DNA of 64,000 nt from a virus. Taxonomy: Duplodnaviria; Caudoviricetes. The notes under the pieces were generated by a model. That model searched no databases, was not told where the DNA came from, and was given only the letters and a program-made list of their open reading frames with translations. The DNA is taken from the IMG/VR virus record IMGVR_UViG_3300028833_000065; one strand, given 5' to 3'. This document shows, piece by piece, positions 1 to 11,890 of the stretch. Position 1 is the stretch's first letter. Each line of letters starts with the position of its first letter. Made by a program: the position numbers and the translations under genes.

Positions 1-641
1 CCTCCCTCTTCTGATACACTAGTAACAAACTTATTAGATTGAGCATTATCAGTATAATTTAAATTACCAATTAAACGCCCTGTCTAAGTTGCAGTGAATG
101 TGCCTAAAGTTGGATACCTCTCTGTTAAATCACCAATCCATTCAGCAATTTGTGCATAATTGGTTAAATCAATTGGATGATTTGTATCAATAATCCATTG
201 ACCATCTTCGTTGTTTTCCTTATAACGTAAATAGTATTTATTTTCATTTTCATTTGTTCCCTAAATAATCTAATATATTCTAGGAGCAATAGTAATATCG
301 CCACTTAGATGAAAATTTTCCTCTATAAAACTTTGCAATCCGCTGATTTCATTTGCGGTATATATTGGTTTATTTTCTGATTTTGCCCATCTATATACAT
401 CAGCAGCAATTGCCTATACCCAAGGGAGCTGATAAAAATAAGATCTACCATCACCAATTTTAATGCCAATTGCTGGTGGAGTATTTTCAGGAGTAGTATT
501 TGATAATCCATCTATTACTCTATCATTAGGAAAAGCGCAAATGGCGGCTTCACCTTGCATCAAAATAACATTACTATTCATCCACTAGCTATATGTCCCA
601 TACCGTAGCTAAATCTTCGTCTCCAAGACATTTTCCGCCAT
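1..641 (-). CDS. Tail fibre/adhesin with Mtd_N/hyaluronidase-N-like domain (runs off window; TAG=Gln)
   Basis: ATG at 641 after AGGAGGTG. Reads MAENVLETKI*LRYGTYS*WMNSNVILMQGE...IGIKIGDG...LPW; the TAG falls at the Q of the IQLR motif. Confidence 0.7.
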
Positions 642-655
642 TGCCCTTCACCTCC

Positions 656-1360
656 TTAAGCTGTACCTCCGTATATCACCAACGTATCTCCCGTTGGCAC
701 ATACAATTTTGTAGTTGAAACTTTATTCAATGTCATAAATCCATCTGGCTATACTGAAATATAATCATCATCAGTAGATGACTTAACGCCGCCCAATCGC
801 GCGTTTGTTGCTACCTCTAATATAAAGGCGCCACCAGTACCATCGCCGGTACTACCAACCATATCCCAGACACCATTTATTACCATATACTCTTCATAAT
901 GAGAGCCATCAGTTGAAAGCATCATGTAAAGAGTATTTGGGTCGGCATCTGCCGCATCAGGTAAAGTAGAAACAACCTCGCGATGTAAATGGCCCGCGGC
1001 TGCAATAGCATCGTCAACGTACTTTTTATTAGGTACATCGGTGTCATTAACTGGAGGCTCGGTTACTATTAACTAAGTAATTGCCTCACCTGCGGCGGCT
1101 TCTAGCGTATGAATTTTATTCATAAATTCATCGCTAAAAGTGTACTAATCATTTTCTGCATCGTACTTAAAGTATGACGCATCAAATTTATTTAAATAGG
1201 AGAGGTGGGCCCAATCGCGCACCCCGTCGCCTATTTTAATTAAGAAAGTATCAGTTTCTAAACCATATTCGCCTGCTGCAAGTACCGGATTTCTTGTAAC
1301 CCAATCTTGCGCTTCATCGTGCCTAATTTGTAAAGTAACTTTTACTGTATTAGTCGCCAT
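656..1360 (-). CDS. Tail-associated protein with Mtd_N-like domain (234 aa, TAG read-through)
   Basis: LQIRHD..W...NPVLAAGEYGLETDT..IKIGDG motif; frame stays open past the TAG at 1145 to TAA at 656. Confidence 0.75.
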
Positions 1361-1827
1361 CAAGCCTCACCTCCATTCAAAATCGTCTCAGTAATCAACA
1401 TAGCGTTGACTGGAATGTATTCTCCATCCCAATAATATAAGATTTTTTTGTCAAGGTCAAAATATAACATATCTTGCGCGCCAATTTGAGGAAATTTTTC
1501 ATATGTGTCAAACACAATTTCTTGTTTATTGTTTTCAAGATATGAGCCAAAATTAGCATAAAATTCAGTTCTGGTTCCTTTATATCCACTACTCGCGGCT
1601 AAAGCAAATAGCCAGTCGCCCATGATTGTTAATTCTTGCATAGACCAAGGATAAATTAACTTTATAGCAGATAAATCAGGAAAAGGTGGCATTGCTGTGT
1701 CACTATCATTATTGTTACCCCAGGGATATACCATTGCAAGTCCTCCGGCGCGAGGATGCAATGGCATGATACTTGTATCATACTCTAACAGTAAATCCCT
1801 AGTTCTATGTCTTGTATCTATATACAT
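1360..1827 (-). CDS. Virion-associated hypothetical protein (partial paralog of 14058..14555)
   Basis: Shares IYPW...W L(F/Y)A.A...G(Y/F).GT...F...(F/Y)G with 14058..14555. Confidence 0.6.
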   Translation of the reverse strand: MYIDTRHRTRDLLLEYDTSIMPLHPRAGGLAMVYPWGNNNDSDTAMPPFPDLSAIKLIYPWSMQELTIMGDWLFALAASSGYKGTRTEFYANFGSYLENNKQEIVFDTYEKFPQIGAQDMLYFDLDKKILYYWDGEYIPVNAMLITETILNGGEA

Positions 1828-2186
1828 TACGAAAATTCACGCACTTCACAAGTAGGAAGACTAAACGCGGCGTAATAAGAGTTAATAATTTCGCCGCTTA
1901 CCGGAATAATAGATCCATTTTCATATTCCGGATTATGGTATACTTTTACATCCCAAGCATAAGAATTACTTGGCTCTAATTTTACTGTATCTTCATGAGT
2001 AAAATTAACTGTAAAACCATTATCTTCCTGTGCGCATAATTTCTAAAATATTACTTCCTTATGTAAAGGGTCATATATAGAGAAGACCGCGACATCTCCT
2101 GCCTCTGTCCCAGGAAGTATAGGAAGAGTAAATGTACCCGTATCGCCGCGTGGTATAATTAGGCGCCGCTAAACTACTCTAATCAT
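1827..2186 (-). CDS. Baseplate/tail-associated protein (BppU-N-like, TAG read-through)
   Basis: MIRVV*RRLIIPRGDTGTF...FTHEDTVKL...YAWDVK; 119 aa open in code 15 and absent from the ORF track. Confidence 0.55.
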
Positions 2187-2194
2187 ATTATACC

Positions 2195-2992
2195 TTATTC
2201 ATCATAATGATAATAGCGAGGATTATGTTTTCCGTATTCATAATCTTCGTCATCATCATAATTATAATTTGCGTAATTACCAGCACCACGGCGACGATAC
2301 TGATAATCACTGTTATTTAATTCGCGGATTTTTTTAGCATATTTGGACTTTAATTTATCTTGTTGCTGGAGAATGTAGTTCATATCATAGCCACTATTTT
2401 CAAGTGCCATTACCTTTTCTTCAGCGTGCTCAATTTCTTTTTCAACATGGTCAATTAGATAATCAAGTTTTCGCGCGGCCTCACGTTCATTAGCTTGCTC
2501 TAGCCGCTGAGCCATGTCTAATAAATATTGTTTAGTATCTTTCTCATAGTCAATCCATTTCTTGAAGCCATCATGTACTGCGGTACGTTTGGTATTGGCA
2601 TCAACTTCATAACGAGTATGAGAATACCAGTTCTGAGGAATTACATTGGTATAGTTCATATTGTTATAGGAAAAATTGCTATTATTATTGTTATTATTAT
2701 TAGACATATTCTTTTGATTATTGTTATTGTTATTCATGTTATTATTCATACCAGTAGTAAAAGCCATCATATTAGGAGATACTAACTGGTTATATTCGCG
2801 CATATACATATCCTTCGCCTTGCGGTAGGTTAGTAATTCACAAAGCATTTGATACTCATGGCATTTTTGATAGCCGGGTAAATTAAGAAATCCATAATAG
2901 TCTGCTAACTGTTCGTGCATCTCTACACCTTGTTTCATTCTATTAATTAGCTCGGAGTAGAGTTGCTGTACTTCTTGATTTGCTTGTGCCAT
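2195..2992 (-). CDS. Ferritin-like helical protein with Asn-rich insert
   Basis: GVEMHEQLADYYGFLNLPGYQKCHEYQ, WIDYEKDTK and DHVEKEIEHAE (ExxH-type helices); poly-Asn tract; RBS AAGGAGG. Confidence 0.55.
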   Translation of the reverse strand: MAQANQEVQQLYSELINRMKQGVEMHEQLADYYGFLNLPGYQKCHEYQMLCELLTYRKAKDMYMREYNQLVSPNMMAFTTGMNNNMNNNNNNQKNMSNNNNNNNSNFSYNNMNYTNVIPQNWYSHTRYEVDANTKRTAVHDGFKKWIDYEKDTKQYLLDMAQRLEQANEREAARKLDYLIDHVEKEIEHAEEKVMALENSGYDMNYILQQQDKLKSKYAKKIRELNNSDYQYRRRGAGNYANYNYDDDEDYEYGKHNPRYYHYDE

Positions 2993-3006
2993 AGTACATT
3001 CCCTCC

Positions 3007-3420
3007 TTAGCAAAGCTTAGAAACTATTACATTATAATGAGCGTCCGTTGCGCCAACTTCGCTTGGATTAACAATGGTAACGGCGGTTGGAGCAGAGACG
3101 CAATTACAAGGACAGTCATTTTGCGCTACTGTTACCAAGCATTTGGTAGAAACGGAACCATATTCGCCTACTGCGGCGGTATCTTCATTAATAGCGTCGA
3201 GGCGAGGAACGCCATTGACGGCAACTTGAACGCCAAAGGTTCCTGCGGCATCAGGGATGCCATAAGCATCTACTTGGACTAGATATACGCCGCGTTTCAT
3301 TAAATCAACTGTCGCGGGCGCAGTATGAGTAGCGGAATTACCCTTAAAATAACTTACATTATTAAGTGGAATAGTTGCGCCAGCGGCAACTGTAAGACCA
3401 TCGCTATATAATTGTATCAT
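3007..3420 (-). CDS. Beta-sandwich (BclA C-terminal-like) protein
   Basis: TVAAGATIPL...GVYLVQVDA...CPCNC; RBS GGGAGG before the ATG at 3420. Confidence 0.5.
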   Translation of the reverse strand: MIQLYSDGLTVAAGATIPLNNVSYFKGNSATHTAPATVDLMKRGVYLVQVDAYGIPDAAGTFGVQVAVNGVPRLDAINEDTAAVGEYGSVSTKCLVTVAQNDCPCNCVSAPTAVTIVNPSEVGATDAHYNVIVSKLC

Positions 3421-3521
3421 TATTAATTCCTCCCGTAAATAAAAAAATTGGGCACTCATAACATGAGTGCCCGCCCTAAACTATTTAAAAAACAGATACA
3501 CTCAATGTACTCATGTGTTTT

Positions 3522-4235
3522 TTACATATTCATGCAGTTGCAGTTACCGTTACAAAAAGGACTATTACCTGCATTATAGGTCCAACCATTTGGATAACGA
3601 ACAACTCCATTTAGAGCGTTCTGTAGCTGTAGTTGGTTGATTTGGTTCTGCATATCAGCCATACGATTGCCAGTGATAGCATCAATAATCTTCTGTACGC
3701 CAGCATTGGTGGTCTGGTTAATAGAAGCGGTATTCATTGCGTTCTCATAACGAGCCTGAGCGATACCAGCATTTACGCCATTGAAGCCATCCATTAGTGC
3801 CATCTTTGTTGAGCAGCAGCAATCATTCTGATTGGCTAGAAGTGTCATTTGATTAGTGCGCACATCGCCAATTTGAGCTGTGAGAGCGGCTTGGATATCT
3901 TTCTCAACATTGATATTGTCATACTTAGCCTGATTGGTAGCTGCTACAGCCTGAGCTGCGCCAGAGGTAATGGCCGCCATCAAATCACGGTTCTGAGACT
4001 GGAGGTCATTAAAGTTAAAACCATTCTGAACGAAGTCTTGGGTAGCATACTGTGGTTGATAGCCTCCGCGATTGCCGCCGAAGCCGCCGCCCCAGCCGCC
4101 ATTAAACATAGCAATGATTGCGAAAAGCCAGATTAGACCGCCCCAACCATTTCCATCGCCAAATCCGCCATTATTATTGCCGCTAAGTAGAGCAACATCA
4201 GAAGCAGTTAATCCATTTTCACCCATACTAATCAA
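3522..4235 (-). CDS. Gly-rich membrane-anchored coiled-coil protein with CCC motif
   Basis: GGFGDGNGWGGLIWLFAIIAMF segment, NDCCCSTK and a Cys-rich C-terminus. Confidence 0.7.
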   Translation of the reverse strand: MISMGENGLTASDVALLSGNNNGGFGDGNGWGGLIWLFAIIAMFNGGWGGGFGGNRGGYQPQYATQDFVQNGFNFNDLQSQNRDLMAAITSGAAQAVAATNQAKYDNINVEKDIQAALTAQIGDVRTNQMTLLANQNDCCCSTKMALMDGFNGVNAGIAQARYENAMNTASINQTTNAGVQKIIDAITGNRMADMQNQINQLQLQNALNGVVRYPNGWTYNAGNSPFCNGNCNCMNM

Positions 4236-4374
4236 CCTCTTTATATTTTATTATTTAGGGAAGCGACAAGACTTCTCTTATCAATGGAAATGTAAGAGTA
4301 TTAAAAAATAATTTAGGTAGTTGTTCTCACAAGTGTAAAAAAAATAAGTGCGAATTTTCATTCGCACTTGAGAA

Positions 4375-4656
4375 TTAGAAGGTGATTGTTAGGTTAATAT
4401 CAATATGATTATCGGCGAGATATTCATTGATAGAGGTTACCTTTGCGGAAATGTTTTGTAGGTTGTAGATTACTTCGTCTTCATGTAGAATTTGAAGAGA
4501 AGTGATGGGGCTAAGTCCAAGTTCCTGTAGTCCAGTAACATTATCAGTTAGAACCTGGCAATTACAAGAACCAGTCATACCATTTTCATCAAAATTGGTA
4601 TATTTGTTAAAGGAAATAACTTGGCACTGTAAATCGTTAAATTTAATGTAATTCAT
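4375..4656 (-). CDS. Hypothetical protein
   Basis: 93-aa ORF with AGGAGG RBS, followed by hairpin AAGTGCGAA..TTCGCACTT. Confidence 0.65.
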   Translation of the reverse strand: MNYIKFNDLQCQVISFNKYTNFDENGMTGSCNCQVLTDNVTGLQELGLSPITSLQILHEDEVIYNLQNISAKVTSINEYLADNHIDINLTITF

Positions 4657-4660
4657 AATA

Positions 4661-4921
4661 TTAGCCTCCTAGTTGATGAATAAGATCGTTTAAATCAATG
4701 CCGCGTTCCCGCGCCATTTGTTCTGCTATGGTTTGTAAATTACCTTGCTATACGGCTTTTAATAATGCTGGATTTTGCCCCAAATAACGCATGATGTAGT
4801 CTTGTGGATTGGGGCTTTGCCGCATAGCCTCCATCATGCCGCGTACCTACTGAATTGAATTACTCAGCTGTGGCGGCACCTGCGGTGTTCCGTTTCGCAT
4901 TTGACTTATTAGATTTGGCAT
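4661..4921 (-). CDS. Small Gln/Met-rich helical protein (TAG read-through)
   Basis: MPNLISQMRNG...NPQDYIMRYLGQNP...IAEQMARERGIDLNDL; 86 aa in code 15. Confidence 0.7.
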
Positions 4922-5276
4922 TTATCCATTCCTCCACTGCGGCAAGACGAGCCGCTAAATCATTAGTATCTACTGGGGCAGGTTCTTGATGTAATTTAAT
5001 ATCAAATCCCTACACCAAATGATTACCCATGTTATCAGTTCTAATCCACCAAATCACATCTTGGTCGGCATCGGGCAAATAAATTTCACTATTTGGCGCC
5101 ATTAGGAACTGCATGGCGGCATCATGACCGTGAATTGGCTGAGCGCTATAAACTGGAAGACGCTATTGCTGTTGCGGCATTTGCCAAGACTAGTTTATAT
5201 ATGGAGAGAAATTTGCTCCTCCCATTTGATACTGCGGTTGCTAATTCCACATATTTTGATTTAATAAGTTGCTCAT
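4860..5276 (-). CDS. Gln-rich hypothetical protein (TAG read-through)
   Basis: MWN*QPQYQ, MPQQQ*RL and MAPNSEIYLPDADQDVIWWIRTD; TAGs sit inside Gln tracts. Confidence 0.7.
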
Positions 5277-5279
5277 TTA

Positions 5280-5543
5280 TTAGTCCTCCAAAGTATCTAA
5301 AATTTGTAGAACTTCTTTCAATTTAGTCTTTAACGAAGCAAGTTTGGTATTGCCCTGAATTAAGAATCTAGACATCATATAGCCGGTTTCGTGATGATAT
5401 TCTATTTGGCTCCATTTTCCGTTATCATTAAGGACTGTAACTTTCTCGCCCTGTGGAATTTCAGCAATAATTGGACTAGTTGTACTCGGGGTCATACGAA
5501 ACCGAACCGGTAAGTTGTTGTCAGCATATACTGTTGCTTTCAT
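5280..5543 (-). CDS. SH3b-domain protein
   Basis: VRFRMTPSTTSPIIAEIPQGEKVTVL...WSQIEY...GYMMSRFL. Confidence 0.8.
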   Translation of the reverse strand: MKATVYADNNLPVRFRMTPSTTSPIIAEIPQGEKVTVLNDNGKWSQIEYHHETGYMMSRFLIQGNTKLASLKTKLKEVLQILDTLED

Positions 5544-5851
5544 TCTTTTACCTCAATTTTAAGTTCTTTTACCTGTGCTTCAATTGCGGCATCAATAGCT
5601 GCTTCATCAAAGGTTAAATTGAATTTTGATAAGAGTTTCTTGGCATACTCAAGCGCGAATGCCTTTTTATCCTTACCCATCTTCGGGCCGAGGATTTGTT
5701 CTGCGGCGTAGACTGCGATATTGACTACCTGTTTTAAGGTTGCCATCTAATCCACGCTCATTTTAGTACGAAGGAAAGGAATAGCAAATCGCGCGATTAC
5801 GCCAAAGATAATTAAAATTACACCTATAATAATATAAGTAATGTCTGTCAT
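5540..5851 (-). CDS. Holin (LL-H-like; one internal TAG)
   Basis: N-terminal TM segment ITYIIIGVILIIFGVIARFAIPFL, then AVYAAEQI..GKDKKAFA..IDAAIEAQV. Confidence 0.75.
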
Positions 5852-6037
5852 AATCATAACCTCTTTTTAAGTTATTAAACAATACGGTATAGGTTTATAT
5901 AAAAACCTGCTTCTTGCCTCAGACATTTTTATATAAACACTATATCGTATTGATTATAGATAAAGAAGCTCCGCTGGGATACGAGTAAGATAAAATAACT
6001 TATTGGTGTGGTTATCCGTGAACTTCTTTACTACGAA

Positions 6038-6298
6038 TTAGTTATCCTCAGGCTCAATAGCAACAGGATGCTCGTAGCATTGACTCATAACCATTCTGCC
6101 ATCAGAAAGCAAAAGGGTTGCTGAATGCTGAGGAAGCTTGGAAACTGCGGCAGCAGCAAGCACTTCGTGGTACTTTGCTTCTGCCTTGAGACGAGCCCAT
6201 TCAGGGTCATCGTCGTATGCGAAATGGACAATATGACCGTATTCGCCGTTATCGTATTTCTGTATTTCAAAAATGTAATATTGATTTGTTGTATTCAT
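6038..6298 (-). CDS. Hypothetical protein
   Basis: YYIFEIQK...AEAKYHEVLAAAAVSKLPQHSATLL. Confidence 0.65.
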   Translation of the reverse strand: MNTTNQYYIFEIQKYDNGEYGHIVHFAYDDDPEWARLKAEAKYHEVLAAAAVSKLPQHSATLLLSDGRMVMSQCYEHPVAIEPEDN

Positions 6299-6312
6299 AA
6301 AGGTCACCCCTA

Positions 6313-7905
6313 TTAAGATAATAATGCGAGTAATTGTTTGAGTTGCGCCGCTGTTACAGTTGTCTGGTCAGTTGTACCCAACCCAAGTGTTAAGCTACCT
6401 CTGAGTTGTTCATTACCATTCCAGTCGAGAGTGCGACCGTTTTTGCGATTAGAAGTTGAGGAACCAATACCGACTATTTCTGCATAGGCATTATTGAGAT
6501 CTTCTACGTTATATTTGCCAGAGGCGTGTTGATATTGTCCTGATGCAATAGTTAGATAGCCTTCTGCGTGAGAATATTCGCCATTAGCAATTGCTTTATA
6601 CCCTTCTGCATGCGATACTTGCCCATTAGCTTTTGTGGACAATCCTTCTGTATGAGAAAAATTAGCTTCTGCAATTGTATATTGGCCTTCCGCGTGAGAA
6701 TATATTCCATAAGAAGTGGTTCCATATCCTTCTGCATGAGAACCTACGCCGTAAGCGGATGGGCTATAAGCGTATATCACGCATCTTGTTGAGCTTAAAG
6801 TACCTAATGTCGTAGATACAGTCACTGTGCGATTTGTATTGTCCATTGCAGTAATAAAGCTTGTTATACCATTATAAGTTATTCTTTTTCCTAAATAATG
6901 ACTATAATCAGATGTACCAGAATAAGTGTAAGTCGTATCAGAACCTGTTAGACTTATTGTTGTGGTAGAATTATATCCACCTTCAGCATGAGAATTATTG
7001 CCATATGTGTGTGCATAACAGCCTTCAGCATGAGAATACTCACCATTTGTGTATGTATTTTGTCCTTCCGCATGTGAAAATGCGGCCATCGCATTGGTTC
7101 CATATCCTTCTGCGTGAGTAGATTGACCTTCAGCAGATGTGCTATTACCTTCTGCATGAGCGTATGAAGCTGTAGTTTTTGAAAAGTATCCTTCAGCATG
7201 AGAATATACCCCACGAGCTTGTGTCGTATTACCCTCAGCATGAGATTCAGCAGAATATGATATAGTTTCATAACCTTCAGAATGTGATCCTGCGCCTTGA
7301 GCAAGCGTTTTGCTCCCTTCAGCATGAGAACCATTTCCATACGCTGCATTACCAGCTATTTGTATAGTCACATTTGCGTTATTCAATGTCCCCAATGAAG
7401 TAGCTACAGTGATAACTCCGGTAGATGTGTCAATGGAAGTAATATAAGTTGTGATATTATTATATGATATAATGTGACCTAAAAACGTATCTTTTAAATT
7501 GCTTGTTGATGTAGTTGTGTAAGATGTATTAGAACCAGTGAAAGAAAGAGTTAATGCTCCAGACACTCCGCCTTCAGCGTGAGCACCAGTCCCTTCTGCT
7601 GCTGATGTATAACCTTCAGCATGCGAATAATTGCCTTTGGCTAAGCAGTTTTGGCCATCAGCAATGCTTCCAGTACCACTAGCAATATTATCAGTGCTGT
7701 TATTTAAGATAGCCGATCTAGTCCCTGTGCCAACAATATACGGCGTACTAACGTTAATCGTATTCCAAGTACCATCTCCACGCAGATACTTAGTCGAGTC
7801 ATTCGGCACATCCGGGTATCTATTATCAGTTAAATAATGTAATGTTGTATCACTGCCATCCTATATGGCAATATGATCATAACGGCTTCCTGTGGTTGTA
7901 GCCAT
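6313..7905 (-). CDS. Tail fibre/adhesin with YadA-head-like (S/A)HAEG repeats
   Basis: Many ~14-aa SHAEG repeats; the ATG at 7905 is in frame through one TAG; YLRGDGTW motif. Confidence 0.8.
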
Positions 7906-7961
7906 AGGTTAACCACCACCTATTCTAAAAATTTTCATAACATTTCCATCCTTATATTTTA

Positions 7962-7991
7962 ATTATACCATACTTGTAAATGGTTTGTCAA
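7962..7991 (-). promoter_or_regulatory. Sigma-A-type promoter
   Basis: TTGACA-18 nt-TATAAT with an extended -10 TG. Confidence 0.6.
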
Positions 7992-7995
7992 ATGT

Positions 7996-10377
7996 TTAAG
8001 TCTTGCCCTAAACATAATTTGTACTTGAATTAAATACACTAGTTAAATCCGCCTATTTAATCCAACTACCATTTACTTTCTTATATACATTAGTATACGC
8101 CTACCAACTATTTCCCATCTTTATATAAATCTGCGCCACGCCTGTACTAATAGTAACCGCAATAGTATGCGCCGCAGTAATATTTGTCAATGTGTATGTA
8201 TAATTAACAATTTGATTTCCCGATTTATCCTAGCCCTATATTCGCTACAATGTTGAAGTTTTATCTATGTTGTTATCCTTCAACGTAACAGTCGCGGCAG
8301 TACTATTTGGAATTATAGTAATACTATAATTATCTCCTTCTAATTTAACAACCTAGCCATCAGGGAAAATCTTACCACTATTAGTAGAAGAAGTAATGAA
8401 GTAATAGCTAACATCACCAAATATAAAAATTAAACTATGTTTCTAATTTACATTTGACAATGTATAAGTGTAGTCTCCGCCCGCGGAGGTCGCTTGAATT
8501 GAGGCAACTTTCCACTATAAACTATCGTTATTAGCGTTAGAAGCATCATCTTTACCATATTTGATATCAATAAAATGCTGCCCCATTGGCACTGTATAAC
8601 TAATAGTTTGCGTGCTGCTACTATTTGAAGCCATTGCTAACTCATAATTGTTTGTACTATCCGATGGAGATGAACCATTAGAACCTGCGGTTAAACCATC
8701 TGTCGCAACCGATACATCTAATTTGCCAAACAAACCATAGTCATAGTTTGCTTCGGCATAGTTAATATACTGAATAGTAACTATACAATCGCTTTCTAAA
8801 TCTAAGTTAAGACGAGCAACGGAAGCAGACTTGTTTACACCATCATTAGTAGATACATAATAACCAGTAGATGAGTTTAGATTAAAACCATAGCTGGCGC
8901 CGCTTACTTGTGTGGTAACTGTATAAGTATTATTTGGTACGCCGCCAACTAACTAACTTGTAATATCAACACCATTGTCTAATGCCAGTGTAAGCTACGG
9001 GTCAGTTGGACTAATAGTTACGACTTGCGTAGTTCCTTCCTAAACACGCGTTGTCCCATTATATGGGTCAGTAGTTGCGTTAATACTAGAAATAGTAATT
9101 GGATAATAATTATACTGGGGGTCCTCTGTGGGAGGCACATATGGTCCTGATTGTTCTACTACAATTGAGTGGTCTAAATCAATATTATTAAGAGTGTAGG
9201 TCCAATAGTAAGGATTGCCGCTAGATGGTACATCATATGCTACCGTCCAAGTAATACCAGTGGTAAGGCCGCCATAGTAACCAATAGTAAATCCAACGCG
9301 AGGGTCCTCTTTTAATTCTGCTACCGTCCAAGTGCCAGGACTAATTGTTCGTGTCTAACTAGAAGTAGAAGTATAAGATATCGCTGTGCCTTTTGCGGTT
9401 GTCCCGTTATAAACATTTAGTTCGGCTACTTCATTGCTATTAGAACTATTCTCTAAATGACCATGTGCCTATACTGTCATTGAAGTAATAGTAGCATTGT
9501 CTGGAAGGTCGCTAAAATCAAAGTGATAGTAGATAGTAGCGGTACTGCCGCTAGAGCTACAATAGTCATTACCACTTTGCGATGAAGGATTATCTACTGT
9601 ATGCCCTACCGTATCCCGATAACGAGTGCCACTAACAGAGCCTGATACTGTATAGGACGCTGGCGCCTAAGATAATGTGCCGCCTGTTGGCATAGTGTGC
9701 TATACCAAATTTTCAGTTACATCAATTTCATTATCTTTGACTACTATATCATCCAAGGAAGAAGCATATATAGTAACAGTTGCGCTATTTCCTTCCATAA
9801 TGTTTTGCGCCAATGGTTCTACTGTCGTTCCATCCGTTTCTGAAACGGCAGTAACGGTATATTCCATACCCTCTATAGCATAAGTTATACTTAATGTTGC
9901 GCCATAGAAATAAAGATAGGCGGCACGAGTTGTGTTACTTGTACCACGAGTACCAGTATATCGTATTTGTATATTATTAATTTCTGACCTAGTCCAAGTA
10001 CCGGGAGTTAGAGTATAAGCAGTTGCGGTAGTAGTTCGCGCACTAGTAGAACTACCTTTTGCGGTTGAACCGCTATACAATTGAACTACTGCGGTAGAAA
10101 TATATGAAGTAGAACTTACGCGCACCTTAGCCTAACAAGCAACAGATGAAATAGTTGCTTCTGCGGGAATATCTGACACATCAAATGTGTAAGAAATATG
10201 AGTTTCTGCGCGAGAACCTGTATTACAAGTAATATAGGCATAATTATTAGAATCTGCCCCATCGTAACCATTTGATATTGGATAACTACTACTAATAGAA
10301 GAGTAGGAGGAGTTGGCGCTACTATATCCATTTGGATATAATGTTATTGTATCTGAAACATTAATTTGCTAAGCCAT
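7996..10377 (-). CDS. Ser/Thr-rich virion fibre protein with Ig-like repeats (~793 aa, TAG read-through)
   Basis: Track fragments 9700..10125 and 8515..8733 are in frame with the ATG at 10377 and TAA at 7996; repeated YTYTL.N....H segments. Confidence 0.7.
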
Positions 10378-10393
10378 TTATTCTCCTCCTTTA

Positions 10394-11671
10394 TTATGAT
10401 TGTAAATATATATCGCCATCTGCACCGAGGCTTGAGGCGGGCGCAGATGAACCTGTATAGTATGTTTGGAATGTCAAAGTACCAGTAATTTTAGACCCAT
10501 TAACATATGCGGTTTTGCCGCTAGCAATATTGGCCGCAGTAGCATTAGCATCACTAGTATATGTGCCGGTTACGCCAAATATCTATACACCCTTCTTAAT
10601 ATTGGCTGCTGTTAAATCGGCATCGCCAGAAATGGTCTATGTTCCCGTTATATAGGTTCCGGCCGCAATGGTCTGATTACTAGTACCTGGAGTAATTGTT
10701 GCTGCTGCCTTTGTAGTAACGGAAGCAGTTAATGAAACGCTTGAATTTCCTGCCGTGCCTGCGCTAACATATCCTGCGGTAGTAACTCTTGGAGTAACAG
10801 AAATTGTCTTCGTCAATGTAATAGTATTCGTGCCGGTAGATACTGTTGCGCTTGTCCCAGAAATGGAGGTTGGCGATGTTGTAGTACCAGATGGCATAGC
10901 ATTGATTTGGACTGAACTCAAACCATCATAACCACTATCTGGTGTAATTGTCTAAGATGAAGTAGATGGAGCAATTCCTGTTTTTGCCTATAGTGAAGGA
11001 CTAGAACCGCTGCCGCTATATGAGCCACTTACTCCAAAAATCGTGACACCCGATTTTATATTCCCTGCTACAAGATTGCTATCACCTTTAATAGTCTGCG
11101 CGCCAGTTAAATAAGTTCCTGCGGCAATACTCTAATTAGAAGTAGTAGGCGTAATAGTTGCGGCCGCTTTAGTTGTAATTGAAGCAGTTAAAGACACAGA
11201 GCTATTTGTAGCTGTTCCCGCGCTAATATAACCTGCTGTAGATACATTAGGCGTTACTGAAATAGTTTTGGTTAATGTTAAAGTATTGGTGCCAGTTGAT
11301 ACAGTCGCACTGCTTCCTGATATAGATGTCGGCGCGGAAACTGCTCCACTTGGCATAGCGTTAATTTGTACCGAACTTAAACCGCCATATCCGCTATCAG
11401 GACGAATAGTCTATGAAGTCGTAAGGGGCGTAATTCCAGTTTTACTTTGAAGCACAACTCCTGAACTAGAACCAGTTGGCTATATTGTCATATAGGTGCC
11501 GTTATCAACAACATCTGTAGTTTCTGGCAAGTTAGCGGTAGGGTCAGACCAAGTACCATCACTTCTTAAAAATGTTGCCGTATCATTTGTCAATGCTGGA
11601 ATTCGACTATCTTTTATATTATAGGTTGTACCGCTATTCAACCTAATTTTCTTAACATCTACACTTGCCAT
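10394..11671 (-). CDS. Tail fibre protein with an internal tandem duplication (425 aa, TAG read-through)
   Basis: Fragments 11480.., 11132.. and 10637.. are co-frame; two ~145-aa repeats in which TAG aligns with CAG/CAA. Confidence 0.8.
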
Positions 11672-11682
11672 TTAATCACTCC

Positions 11683-11874
11683 TTATGATGGAATAATAAC
11701 GAGCAAATGATCATTATTATCAATAAATTGTACTCCTTGCGGAAAAGAAGGGGCGGCCCATGTGCCGTCCCCTCTTAAATAGGTGGTAGTTGTAGAGCTT
11801 GGAAAAGCGGGTAGGCGATAGTCTCTCATATTATATACATTACTACCAAATTGAATACTAGAAATATCAGCCAT
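11683..11874 (-). CDS. Small fibre-associated protein
   Basis: ISSIQFGSNVYNMRD...YLRGDGTW, shared with neighbouring fibre N-termini. Confidence 0.65.
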   Translation of the reverse strand: MADISSIQFGSNVYNMRDYRLPAFPSSTTTTYLRGDGTWAAPSFPQGVQFIDNNDHLLVIIPS

Positions 11875-11890
11875 ATTACCCCTCCTTTAA

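Noticed and set aside
1-1360. Diversity-generating retroelement suggested by Mtd_N-like domains
   Set aside because: No reverse transcriptase or TR/VR pair is visible in the window.
5849-5857. Dual-start holin (Met-Ile-Met)
   Set aside because: The first ATG is too close to the SD and there is no charged residue as in lambda S107.
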